Under the pieces are notes generated by a model. It was not told the DNA's origin. It saw nothing but the letters and a program-made list of their open reading frames with translations, and searched no databases. Position numbers and translations under genes: made by a program. A DNA stretch of 64,000 nt from Eledone cirrhosa (Eukaryota), in assembly GCA_964016885.1 (NCBI GenBank), contig OZ024744.1:110484001-110548000 (forward strand), given 5' to 3'. Shown piece after piece: positions 1 through 14,000 of the stretch. The stretch's first letter is position 1; each line of letters starts with the position of its first letter.

Positions 1-277
1 TAACTTGCCCTGAGCACGGTAAAACTACACAATCCACTTCAACTTACCTTGCTCTGAACACAGTAAAACTACACAATCCACAATAACTTACCTTGCCCTG
101 AACACAGTAAAATTACACAATCCACTATAACTAACCTTGCCCTGAACACAGTAAAACTACACAATCCACTATAACTTACCTGGCTCTGAACACAGTAAAA
201 CTACACAATCCACTTTAATTTACCTTTCCCTGAACACAGTAAAACTACACAATCCACTATAACTTAGCTTGTCCTGA

Positions 278-680
278 ACACAGTAAAACTACACAATCCA
301 CCATAACTTACCTTGCCCTAAACACAGTAAAAGTACATAATCCACTATAACTTACCTTGCCCTGAACACAGTATAACTTACCTTGCTCTGAACACAGTAA
401 AACTACACAATCCAATTTAACTTACCTTGCTCTGAACACAGTAAAACTACACAATCCACTATAATTTACCTTGCCCTGAACACAGTAAAACTACACAATC
501 CACCATAACTTACCTTGCCCTGAACACAGTAAAAGTACATAATCCACTATAACTTACCTTGCCCTGAACACAGTATAACTTACCTTGCTCTGAACACAGT
601 AAAACTACACAATCCAATTTAACTTACCTTGCTCTGAACACAGTAAAACTACACAATCCACTATAACTTACCTTGCCCTG
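278..680. repeat. Local 202-bp tandem duplication (4 full monomers plus one 26-bp truncated monomer), 2 copies
   Basis: The deletion junction GTATAAC occurs at 371 and 573 (202 = 4x44+26). The linked variants ccaccat, aagtacat and ccaattt repeat with it. Confidence 0.85.
508..534 (-). other. Representative splice-signal cassette present in most monomers: acceptor-like TGTGTTCAG, 6-nt core GGCAAG (514-519), donor AG|GTAAGT. Function unproven.
   Basis: The reverse complement reads ...ACTGTGTTCAG GGCAAG GTAAGT. The donor matches the U2-type consensus MAG|GTRAGT, and the acceptor matches YAG|G with a T-rich upstream tract. The motif match is certain; confidence reflects functional use. Confidence 0.35.
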
Positions 681-1150
681 AACACAGTAAAATTACACAA
701 TCCACTATAACTAACCTTGCCCTGAACACAGTAAAACTACACAATCCACTATAACTCACTTTGCTCTGAACACAGTAAAACTACACAATCCACTTTAACT
801 TACCTTGCTCTGAACACAGTAAAACTACACAATCCACTTCAACTTACCTTGCTCTGAACACAGTAAAACTACACAATCCACTATAACTTACCTTGCCCTG
901 AACACAGTAAAATTACACAATCCACTATAACTAACCTTGCCCTGAACACAGTAAAACTACACAATCCACTATAACTCACTTTGCTCTGAACACAGTAAAA
1001 CTACACAATCCACTTTAACTTACCTTGCTCTGAACACAGTAAAACTACACAATCCACTTCAACTTACCTTGCTCTGAACACAGTAAAACTACACAATCCA
1101 CTATAACTTACCTTGCCCTGAACACAGTAAAATTACACAATCCACTATAA
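680..1150. repeat. 5-monomer (220-bp) higher-order repeat, about 2 copies
   Basis: Variant aattacacaa at 691, 911 and 1131; variant aatccacttc at 831 and 1051. Confidence 0.85.
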
Positions 1151-4100
1151 CTTACCTTGCCCTGAACACAGTAAAACTACACAATCCACTATAACTTACC
1201 TTGCTCTGAACACAGTAAAACTATACAATCCACTATAACTTAACATGCTCTGAACACAGTAAAACTACAAAACCCACTATAACTTACCTTGGCCTGAACA
1301 CAGTAAAACTACACAATCCACAATAACTTACCTTGCCCTGAACAAAGTAAAACTACGTAATCCACTCTAACTTACCTTCCTCTAAACAGAGTAAAACTAC
1401 ATAATCCACTATAACTTACCTTGCTCTGAACACAGTAAAACTACACAATCCACAATAACTTACCTTGCCCTGAACACAGTAAAATTACACAATCCACTAT
1501 AACTCACCTTCCCCTGAACACATTAAAACTACATAATCCACTATAACTTACCTTCCCCTGAACACAGTAAAACTACACAATCCACAATAACTTACCTTGC
1601 CCTGAACACAGTAAAACTACATAATCCACTATAACTTACCTTCCTCTAAACAGAGTAAAACTACATAATCCACTATAACTTATCTTGCCCTGAACACAGT
1701 AAAACTATATAATCCACTATTGCTTACGTTGCCCTGAACACAGTAAAACTACACAATCCACTATAACTTATCTTGCCCTGAACACAGTAAAACTACACAA
1801 TCCACTATAAATTACCTTGCCCTGAACACAGTAAAACTACACGATCCACTATAACCTACCTTGCCCTGAACACAGTAAAACTACACAATCCACTATAACT
1901 AACCTTGCTCTGAACACAGTAAAACTACACAATGCACTATAACTTACCTTGCCCTGAACACAGTAAAACTACACAATCCACTATAACTTACCTTGACCTG
2001 AACAGAGTAAAACTACACAATCCACTATAACTTACCTTGCCCTGAACACACTAAAACTACACAATCCACTATAACTTGACTGGTCCTGAACACAGTAAAA
2101 CTACACAATCCACTATAACTTACTTTGCTCTGAACACAGTAAAACTACACAATCCACTATAACTTACCTTGCCCTGAACACAGTAAAACTACACAATCCA
2201 CTATAACTTACCTTGCACTGAACACAGTAAATCTACACAATCCACTATAACTTACCTTGCCCTGAACACAGCAAAACTAACACAATCCACTATAACTTAC
2301 CTTGCCCTGAACACAGTAAAACTACACGATCCACTATAAATTACCTTGCCCTCAACACAGTAAAACTACTCAATCCACTATAAATTACGTTGCCCTGAAC
2401 ACACTAAAACTACACAATTTTCTATAATTTACCTTGCCCTGAACACAGTAAAACTACACAATCCACTATAACTTACCTTGCTCTGAACACAGTAAAACTA
2501 CACAATCCATTATAACTTACCTTGCCCTGAACACAGTAAAACTACACAATCCACTCTAACTTACCTTGCTCTGAACACAGTAAAACTACACAATCCACTA
2601 TAACTTACCTTGCCCTGAACAAAGTAAAACTACATAATCCCCTATAATTTACCATGCCTGAACACAGTAGAACTACACAATCCACTATAACTTACCTTGC
2701 CCTGAACACAGTAAAATTACACAATCCACAGTAACTTACCTTGCTCTGAACACAGTAAAACTACACAACCCACTATAACTTACCTTGCCCTGAACACAGT
2801 AAAACTACACAATCCACTATAACTTACCTTGCCCTGAACACAGTAAAACTACATAATCCACTATAACTTACCTTGCTCTGAACACAGTAAAACTATATAA
2901 TCCAATATAGCTTACCTTGCCCTGAACACAGTAAAACTACACAATCCACTATAACTTACCTTGCTCGGAACACAGTAAATCTACACAATCCACTATAACT
3001 TACCTTGCTCTGAACACAGTAAAACCACACAACCCACGATAACTTACCTTGCCCTGAACACAGTAAAACTACATAATCCACTATAACTTACCTTGCTCTG
3101 AACAGAGTAAGACTACACAACCCACTATAACTTACCTTGCCCTGAACACAGTAAAACTACATAATCCACTATAACTTACCTTGCCCTGAACACAGTAAAA
3201 CTACACAATCCACTATAACTTACCTTGCCCTGAACACAGTAAAACTACACAATCCTCTATAACTTACCTTGCTCTGAACACAGTAAAACTACACAATCCA
3301 CTATAACTTACCTTCACCTGACCAGAGTAAAACTACACGACCCACTATAACTTACCTTGCCCTGAACACAGTAAAACTACACAATCCACTATAACTTACC
3401 TTGCTCTGAACACAGTAAAACTACACAATCCACTATAACTTACCTTGCCCTGAACACAGTAAAACTACACAATCCACTATAACTTACCTTCCCTGAACGC
3501 AGTAAAACTACACAATCCACAATAACTTACCTTGCCCTGAACACAGTAAAACTACACAATCCACTATAACTCACCTTCCCCTGAACACAGTAAAACTACA
3601 TAATCCACTATAACTTACCATGCCCTGAACACAGTAAAACTACACAATCCACTATAAATTACCTTGCTCTGAACAGAGTAAAACTAGATAATCCACTATA
3701 ACTTACCTTGCCCTGAACACAGTAAAACTACACAATCCACTATAACTTACCTTGCCCTGAACACAGTAAAACTACATAATCCACTATAACTCACCTTCCC
3801 CTGAACACAGTAAAACTACATAATCCACTATAACTTACCATGCCCTGAACACAGTAAATCTACACAATCCACTATAACTTACCTTCCCCTGAACACAGTA
3901 AAACTACATAATCCACTATAACTTACCTTGCTCTGAACACACTAAAACTATATAATCCACTATTGCTTACCTTGCCCTGAACACAGTAAAACTACACAAT
4001 CCTCTATAACTCACCTTCCCCTGAACACAGTAAAACTACATAATCCACTATAACTTACCTTGCTCTGAACACAGTAAAACTATATAATCCACTATTGCTT

Positions 4101-4389
4101 ACCTTGCCCTGAACACAGTAAAACTACACGATCCACTATAACTTACCTTGCCCTGAACACAGTAAAACTACACAATCCGCTATAACTAACCTTGCTCTGA
4201 ACACAGTAAATCTACACAATCCACTATAACTTACCTTGCCCTGAACACAGTAAAACTACACAATCCACTATAACTTACCTTGACCTGAACAGAGTAAAAC
4301 TATACAATCCACTATAACTTACCTTGCCCTGAACACAGTAAAACTACACAATCCACTATAACTCACCTTCCCCTGAACACAGTAAAACT

Positions 4390-7300
4390 ACATAATCCAC
4401 TATAACTTACCTTGCTCTGAACACAGTAAAACTATATAATCCACCATTGCTTACCTTGCCCGGAACACAGTAAAACTACACAATCCACTTTAACTTACCT
4501 TGCTCTGAACACAGTAAAACTACATAATGCACTATAACTTACCTTGCCCTGAACACAGTAAAACTAACACAATCCACTATAACTTACCTTGCCTGAACAC
4601 AGTAAAACCAGACAATCCACTATAAATTACGTTGCCCTGAACACACTAAAACTACACAATTTTCTATAATTTACCTTGCCCTGAACACAGTAAAACTACA
4701 CAATCCACTATAACTTACCTTGCTCTGAACACAGTAAAACTACACAATCCATTATAACTTACCTTGCCCTGAACACAGTAAAACTACACAATCCACTCTA
4801 ACTTACCTTGCTCTGAACACAGTAAAACTACACAATCCACTATAACTTACCTTGCCCTGAACAAAGTAAAACTACATAATCCCCTATAATTTACCATGCC
4901 TGAACACAGTAGAACTACACAATCCACTATAACTTACCTTGCCCTGAACACAGTAAAATTACACAATCCACAGTAACTTACCTTGCTCTGAACACAGTAA
5001 AACTACACAACCCACTATAACTTACCTTGCCCTGAACACAGTAAAACTACACAATCCACTATAACTTACCTTGCCCTGAACACAGTAAAACTACATAATC
5101 CACTATAACTTACCTTGCTCTGAACAGAGTAAAACAACGCAACCCACTATAACTTACCTTGCTCTGAACACAGTAAAACTATATAGTCCACTATTGCTTA
5201 CCTTGCCCTGAACACAGTAAAACTACATAATCCACTATAACTTACCTTGCTCTGAACACAGTAAAACTACACAATCCACTATAACTTACCTTGCTCTGAA
5301 CAGAGTAAAACTACACAACCCACTATAACTTACCTTGCCCTGAACACAGTAAAACTACATAATCCACTATAACTTACCTTGCCCTGAACACAGTAAAACT
5401 ACACAATCCACTATAACTTACCTTGCACTGAACACAGTAAAACTAAACAATCCACTATAACTTACCTTGCTCTGAACAGAGTAAAAGTACACAACCCACT
5501 ATAACTTACCTTGACCTGAACACAGTAACACTACATTATCCACTATAACTTACCTTGCTCTGAACACAGTAAAACTATATAATCCACTATTGCTTACCTT
5601 GCCCTGAACACAGTAAAACTACACAACCCGCTATAACTTACCTTCCCTGAACACAATAAAACTACACAATCCACTATAACTTACCTTGCTCTGAACAGAG
5701 TAAAACTACACAACCCACTATAACTTACCTTGCCCTGAACACAGTAAAAGTACATAATCCACTATTGCTTACCTTGCCCTGAACACAGTAAAACTACACA
5801 ACCCGCTATAACTCACCTTCCCTGAACACAATTAAACTACCCAAACCACTATAAATTACCTTGCTCTGTACAGAGTAAAACTACACAACCCACTATAACT
5901 TACCTTGCCCTGAACACAGTAAAACTACACAATCCACTATAACTTACCTTGCTCTGAACTCAGTAAAACTACACAATCCACTATAACTTACCTTGCCCTG
6001 AACACAGTAAAACTACACAATCCACTATAACTTACCTTGCCCTGAACACAGTAAAACTACATAATCCACTATAACTTACCTTCCCCTGAACACAGTAAAA
6101 CTACATAATCCACTATAACTTACCATGCCCTGAACACAGTAAAACTACACAATCCACTATAACTCACCTTCCACTGAACACAGTAAAACTACATAATCCA
6201 CTATAAATTACCTTGCTCTGAACACAGTAAAACTATATAATCCACTATTGCTTACCTTGCGCCTGAACACAGTAAAACTACACAATCCACTATAACTTAC
6301 CTTGCCCTGAACACAGTAAAACTACACAATCCACTATAAATTACATTGCCCTGAACACAGTAAAACTACACGATCCACTATAACTTACCTTGCCCTGAAC
6401 ACAGTAAAACTACACAATCCACTATAACTAACCTTGCCCTGAACACAGTAAAACTACACAATCCACTATAACTTACCTTGACCTGAACAGAGTAAAACTA
6501 CACAATCCACTATAACTTACCTTGCCCTGAACACAGTAAAATTACACAATCCACTATTACTTAACTGGCCCTGAACACAGTAAAACTACATAATCCACTA
6601 TAACTTACCTTGCTCTGAACACAGTAAAACTATATAATCCACCATTGCTTACCTTGCCCGGAACACAGTAAAACTACACAACCCACTTTAACTTACCTTG
6701 CTCTGAACACAGTAAAACTACATAATGCACTATAACTTACCTTGCCCTGAACACAGTAAAACTAACACAATCCACTATAACTTACCTTGCCTGAACACAG
6801 TAAAACCAGACAATCCACTATAAATTACGTTGCCCTGAACACACTAAAACTACACAATTTTCTATAATTTACCTTGCCCTGAACACAGTAAAACTACACA
6901 ATCCACTATAACTTACCTTGCTCTGAACACAGTAAAACTACACAATCCATTATAACTTACCTTGCCCTGAACACAGTAAAACTACACAATCCACTCTAAC
7001 TTACCTTGCTCTGAACACAGTAAAACTACACAATCCACTATAACTTACCTTGCCCTGAACAAAGTAAAACTACATAATCCCCTATAATTTACCATGCCTG
7101 AACACAGTAGAACTACACAATCCACTATAACTTACCTTGCCCTGAACACAGTAAAATTACACAATCCACAGTAACTTACCTTGCTCTGAACACAGTAAAA
7201 CTACACAACCCACTATAACTTACCTTGCCCTGAACACAGTAAAACTACACAATCCACTATAACTTACCTTGCCCTGAACACAGTAAAACTACATAATCCA

Positions 7301-8740
7301 CTATAACTTACCTTGCTCTGAACAGAGTAAAACAACGCAACCCACTATAACTTACCTTGCTCTGAACACAGTAAAACTATATAGTCCACTATTGCTTACC
7401 TTGCCCTGAACACAGTAAAACTACATAATCCACTATAACTTACCTTGCTCTGAACACAGTAAAACTACACAATCCACTATAACTTACCTTGCTCTGAACA
7501 GAGTAAAACTACACAACCCACTATAACTTACCTTGCCCTGAACACAGTAAAACTACATAATCCACTATAACTTACCTTGCCCTGAACACAGTAAAACTAC
7601 ACAATCCACTATAACTTACCTTGCACTGAACACAGTAAAACTAAACAATCCACTATAACTTACCTTGCTCTGAACAGAGTAAAAGTACACAACCCACTAT
7701 AACTTACCTTGACCTGAACACAGTAACACTACATTATCCACTATAACTTACCTTGCTCTGAACACAGTAAAACTATATAATCCACTATTGCTTACCTTGC
7801 CCTGAACACAGTAAAACTACACAACCCGCTATAACTTACCTTCCCTGAACACAATAAAACTACACAATCCACTATAACTTACCTTGCTCTGAACAGAGTA
7901 AAACTACACAACCCACTATAACTTACCTTGCCCTGAACACAGTAAAACTACACAACCCGCTATAACTCACCTTCCCTGAACACAATTAAACTACCCAAAC
8001 CACTATAAATTACCTTGCTCTGTACAGAGTAAAACTACACAACCCACTATAACTTACCTTGCCCTGAACACAGTAAAACTACACAATCCACTATAACTTA
8101 CCTTGCTCTGAACTCAGTAAAACTACACAATCCACTATAACTTACCTTGCCCTGAACACAGTAAAACTACACAATCCACTATAACTTACCTTGCCCTGAA
8201 CACAGTAAAACTACATAATCCACTATAACTTACCTTCCCCTGAACACAGTAAAACTACATAATCCACTATAACTTACCATGCCCTGAACACAGTAAAACT
8301 ACACAATCCACTATAACTCACCTTCCACTGAACACAGTAAAACTACATAATCCACTATAAATTACCTTGCTCTGAACACAGTAAAACTATATAATCCACT
8401 ATTGCTTACCTTGCGCCTGAACACAGTAAAACTACACAATCCACTATAACTTACCTTGCCCTGAACACAGTAAAACTACACAATCCACTATAAATTACAT
8501 TGCCCTGAACACAGTAAAACTACACGATCCACTATAACTTACCTTGCCCTGAACACAGTAAAACTACACAATCCACTATAACTAACCTTGCCCTGAACAC
8601 AGTAAAACTACACAATCCACTATAACTTACCTTGACCTGAACAGAGTAAAACTACACAATCCACTATAACTTACCTTGCCCTGAACACAGTAAAATTACA
8701 CAATCCACTATTACTTAACTGGCCCTGAACACAGTAAAAC
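4390..8740. repeat. Higher-order tandem duplication of about 2.2 kb (50 monomers; second copy lacks one monomer)
   Basis: Markers cggaac at 4461/6659 and aattttct at 4658/6856 give offset 2198. Marker ttgcgcc at 6257/8411 gives offset 2154 (2198-44). Confidence 0.88.
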
Positions 8741-11049
8741 TACACAATCCACTATGACTTAACTGGCCCTGAACACAGTAAAACTACACAATCCACTATA
8801 ACTTAACTGGCCCTGAACACAGTAAAACTACACAATCCACTATAACTTACCTTGCACTGAACATAGTAAAACTACACAATCCACTATAACTTACCTTGCT
8901 CTGAACACAGTGAAACTACACAATCCACTATAACTTACCTTGCTCTGAACACAGTAAACTACACAATCCACTATAACTTACCTTGCCTGAACACAGTAAA
9001 ACGAAACAATCCACTATAAATTACGTTGCCCTGAACACACTAAAACTACACAATTTTCTATAACTTACCTTGCCCTGAACACAGTAAAACTACACAATCC
9101 ACTATAACGTACCTTGCCCTGAACACAGTAAAACTACACAATCCACTATAACTTACCTTGCACTGAACATAGTAAAACTACACAATCCACTATAACTTAC
9201 CTTGCTCTGAACACAGTGAAACTACACAATCCACTATAACTTACCTTGCTCTGAACATAGTAAAATTACACAATCCACTATAACTTACCTTGCCCTGAAC
9301 ACAGTAAAACTAACACAATCCACTATCACTTGCCTTGCCCTGAACACAGTAAAACGACACAATCCACTATAACTTACCTTGCCCTGAACCCAGTAAAACT
9401 ACACAACCCACTATAACTTACCTTGCCCTGAACACAGTAAAACTACACGATCCACTATAGCTTACCTTGCCCTAAACACAGTAAAACTACATAATCCACT
9501 ATAACTTACCATGCCCTGAACACAGTAAAACTACACAATCCACTATAACTCACCTTCCCCTGAACACAGTAAAACGACATAATCCACTATAACTTACCTT
9601 GCTCTGAACACAGTGAAACTATATAATCCACTATTGCTTACCTTGCCCTGAACACAGTAAAACTACATAATCCACTATAACTTACCTTGCTCTGAACACA
9701 GTAAAACTACACAATCCACCATAACTTACCTTCCATTGAAAACAGTAAATTTATATAATCCACTATGGCTTACCTTGCACTGAACACAGTAAAACTACAC
9801 AATCCACTATAACTTACCTTGCTCTGAACACAGTAAAACTACACAATCCACTATAACTTACCTTCCCTGAACACAGTAAAAGTACATAAACCACTATAAC
9901 TTAAATTGCTCTGAATAGAGTAAAACTACACAATCCACTATAACTTACCTTGCCCTGAACACAGTAAAACTACATAATCCACTATAACTTACCTTGCCCT
10001 GAACACAGTAAAACTAACACAATCCACTATAACTTACCTTGCCTGAACACAGTAAAACGAAACAATCCACTATAAATTACGTTGCCCTGAACACACTAAA
10101 ACTACACAATTTTCTATAACTTACCTTGCCCTGAACACAGTAAAACTACACAATCCACTATAACTAACCTTGCCCTGAACACAGTAAAACTACACAATCC
10201 ACTATAACTTACTTTGCTCTGAACACAGTAAAACTACACAATCCACTATAACTTACCTTTCCCTGAACACAGTGAAACTACATAATCCACTATAATTTAC
10301 CTTGCCCTGGACACAGTAAATGTACATAATCCACTATAACTTACTTAGCTTGCCCTGAACGTAGTGAAACTACACAATCCACTATAACTTACCTTGCCCT
10401 GAACACAGTAAAACTACATAATCCACTATAACTTAACATGCCCTGAACAGAGTAAAACTACACAACCCACTATAACTTACATTGCCCTGAACACAGTAAA
10501 ACTACACAATCCACAATAACTTACCTTCCTTTGAACACAGTAAATCTATATAATCCACTATGGCTTACCTTGCCCTGAACACAGTAAAACTACACAATCC
10601 ACTATAACTTACCTTGCTCTGAACACAGTAAAACTACACAACCCACTATAACTTACCTTGCCCTGAACACAGTAAAACTACACAATCCACTATAATTTAC
10701 CTTGGCCTGAACAGAGTAAAACTACACAATCCACTATAACTTACCTTGCCCTGAACACAGTAACACTACACAATCCACTATAACTTACCTTGCTCTGAAC
10801 ACAGTAAAACTACACAATCCACTATAACTTACCTTGACCTGACCAGAGTAAAACTACACAACCCACTATAACTTACCTTGCCCTGAACACAGTAAAACTA
10901 CACAACCCACTATAACTTACCTTGCTCTGAACAGAGTAAAACTACAGAATCCACTATAACTTACCTTGCCCTGAACACAGTAAAACTACACAATCCACTA
11001 TAACTTACCTTCCCTGAACGCAGTAAAACTACACAATCCACAATAACTT

Positions 11050-14000
11050 ACCTTGCCCTGAACACAGTAAAACTACACAATCCACTATAACTCACCTTCC
11101 CCTGAACACAGTAAAACTACATAATCCACTATAACTTACCATGCCCTGAACACAGTAAAACTACACAATCCACTATAAATTACCTTGCTCTGAACAGAGT
11201 AAAACTAGATAATCCACTATAACTTACCTTGCCCTGAACACAGTAAAACTACATAATCCACTATAACTCACCTTCCCCTGAACACAGTAAAACTACATAA
11301 TCCACTATAACTTACCATGCCCTGAACACAGTAAAACTACACAATCCACTATAACTCACCTTCCCCTGAACACAGTAAAACTACATAATCCACTATAACT
11401 TACCTTGCTCTGAACACAGTAAAACTATATAATCCACTATTGCTTACCTTGCCCTGAACACAGTAAAACTACACAATCCACTATAACTCACCTTCCCCTG
11501 AATACAGTAAAACTACATAATCCACTATAACTTACCTTGCTCTGAACACAGTAAAACTATATAATCCACTATTGCTTACCTTGCCCTGAACACAGTTAAA
11601 CTACACAATCCACTATAACTTACCTTGCTCTGAACACAGTAAAACTACACAACCCACTATAACTTACCTTGCCCTGAACACAGTAAAACTACACAATCCA
11701 CTATAATTTACCTTGACCTGACCAGAGTAAAACTACACAACCCACTATAACTTACCTTGCCCTGAACACAGTAAAACTACACAACCCACTATAACTTACC
11801 TTGCTCTGAACAGAGTAAAACTACACAATCCACTATAACTTACCTTGCCCTGAACACAGTAAAACTACACAATCCACTATAACTTACCTTCCCTGAACGC
11901 AGTAAAACTACACAATCCACAATAACTTACCTTGCCCTGAACACAGTAAAACTACACAATCCACTATAACTCACCTTCCCCTGAACACAGTAAAACTACA
12001 TAATCCACTATAACTTACCATGCCCTGAACACAGTAAAACTACACAATCCACTATAAATTACCTTGCTCTGAACAGAGTAAAACTAGATAATCCACTATA
12101 ACTTACCTTGCCCTGAACACAGTAAAACTATATAATCCACTATTGCTTACCTTGCCCTGAACACAGTTAAACTACACAATCCACTATAACTTACCTTGCC
12201 CTGAACACAGTAAAACTACACAATCCACTATAACTAACCTTGCTCTGAACACAGTAAAACTACACAATCCACTATAACTTACCTTGCCCTGAACACAGTA
12301 AAACTACACAATCCACTATAACTTACCTTGACCTGAACAGAGTAAAACTACACAATCCACTATAACTTACCTTGCCCTGAACACAGTAAATCTACACAAT
12401 CCACTATAACTCACCTTCCCCTGAACACAGTAAAACTACATAATCCACTATAACTTACCTTGCTCTGAACACAGTAAAACTATATAATCCACTATTGCTT
12501 ACCTTGCCCTGAACACAGTAAAACTACACAATCCACTTTAACTTACCTTGCTCTGAACACAGTAAAACTACATAATGCACTATAACTTACCTTGCCCTGA
12601 ACACAGTAAAACTAACACAATCCACTATAACTTACCTTGCCTGAACACAGTAAAACTACACAATCCACTATAACTTACCTTGACCTGACCAGAGTAAAAC
12701 TACACAACCCACTATAACTTACCTTGACTGAAGAGAGTAAAACTACACAATCCACTATAACTTACCTTGCCCTGAACACAGTAAAACTACACAATCCACT
12801 ATAACTTACCTTGCTCTGAACACAGTAAAACTACACAATCCACTATAACTTACCTTGACCTGACCAGAGTAAAACTACACAACCCACTATAACTTACCTT
12901 GCCCTGAACACAGTAAAACTACACAACCCACTATAACTTACCTTGCTCTGAACACAGTAAAACTACACAATCCACTATAACTTACCTTGCCCTGAACACA
13001 GTAAAACTACACAATCCACTATTACTTACCTTCCCTGAACGCAGTAAAACTACACAATCCACAATAACTTACCTTGCCCTGAACACAGTAAAACTACACA
13101 ATCCACTATAACTCACCTTCCCCTGAACACAGTAAAACTACATAATCCACTATAACTTACCATGCCCTGAACACAGTAAAACTACACAATCCACTATAAA
13201 TTACCTTGCTCTGAACAGAGTAAAACTAGATAATCCACTATAACTTACCTTGCCCTGAACACAGTAAAACTACACAATCCACTATAACTTACCTTGCCCT
13301 GAACACAGTAAAACTACATAATCCACTATAACTCACCTTCCCCTGAATACAGTAAAACTACATAATCCACTATAACTTACCATGCCCTGAACACAGTAAA
13401 ACTACACAATCCACTATAACTCACCTTCCCCTGAACACAGTAAAACTACATAATCCACTATAACTTACCTTGCTCTGAACACATTAAAACTATATAATCC
13501 ACTATTGCTTACCTTGCCCTGAACACAGTAAAACTACACAATCCACTATAACTCACCTTCCCCTGAACACAGTAAAACTACATAATCCACTATAACTTAC
13601 CATGCCCTGAACACAGTAAAACTACACAATCCACTATAAATTACCTTGCTCTGAACAGAGTAAAACTAGATAATCCACTATAACTTACCTTGCCCTGAAC
13701 ACAGTAAAACTACATAATCCACTATAACTCACCTTCCCCTGAACACAGTAAAACTACATAATCCACTATAACTTACCATGCCCTGAACACAGTAAAACTA
13801 CACAATCCACTATAACTCACCTTCCCCTGAACACAGTAAAACTACATAATCCACTATAACTTACCTTGCTCTGAACACAGTAAAACTATATAATCCACTA
13901 TTGCTTACCTTGCCCTGAACACAGTAAAACTACACAATCCACTATAACTCACCTTCCCCTGAATACAGTAAAACTACATAATCCACTATAACTTACCTTG

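Noticed and set aside
174-184. U1 snRNA gene or spliced-leader RNA gene array
   Set aside because: Only 8-11 nt match the U1 5' end. The unit is too short, and I see no stem-loops, clear Sm site or promoter elements.
518-523. Telomere variant hexamer (CCCTGA / TCAGGG) in each monomer
   Set aside because: It is a single isolated hexamer per 44 bp, often mutated to CTCTGA, with no tandem telomeric tract or G4-capable runs.
9453-9460. CACTATAG resembling the 3' end of the T7/SP6 promoter; ACTATAAC resembling part of the I-CeuI site
   Set aside because: These are only 8-bp partial matches, the rest of each site is absent, and there is no sign of vector sequence.
10832-10845. Nuclear-receptor half-site TGACCT(GACC) in variant monomers
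   Set aside because: A 6-bp motif one substitution away from consensus is expected by chance, and nothing else supports it.
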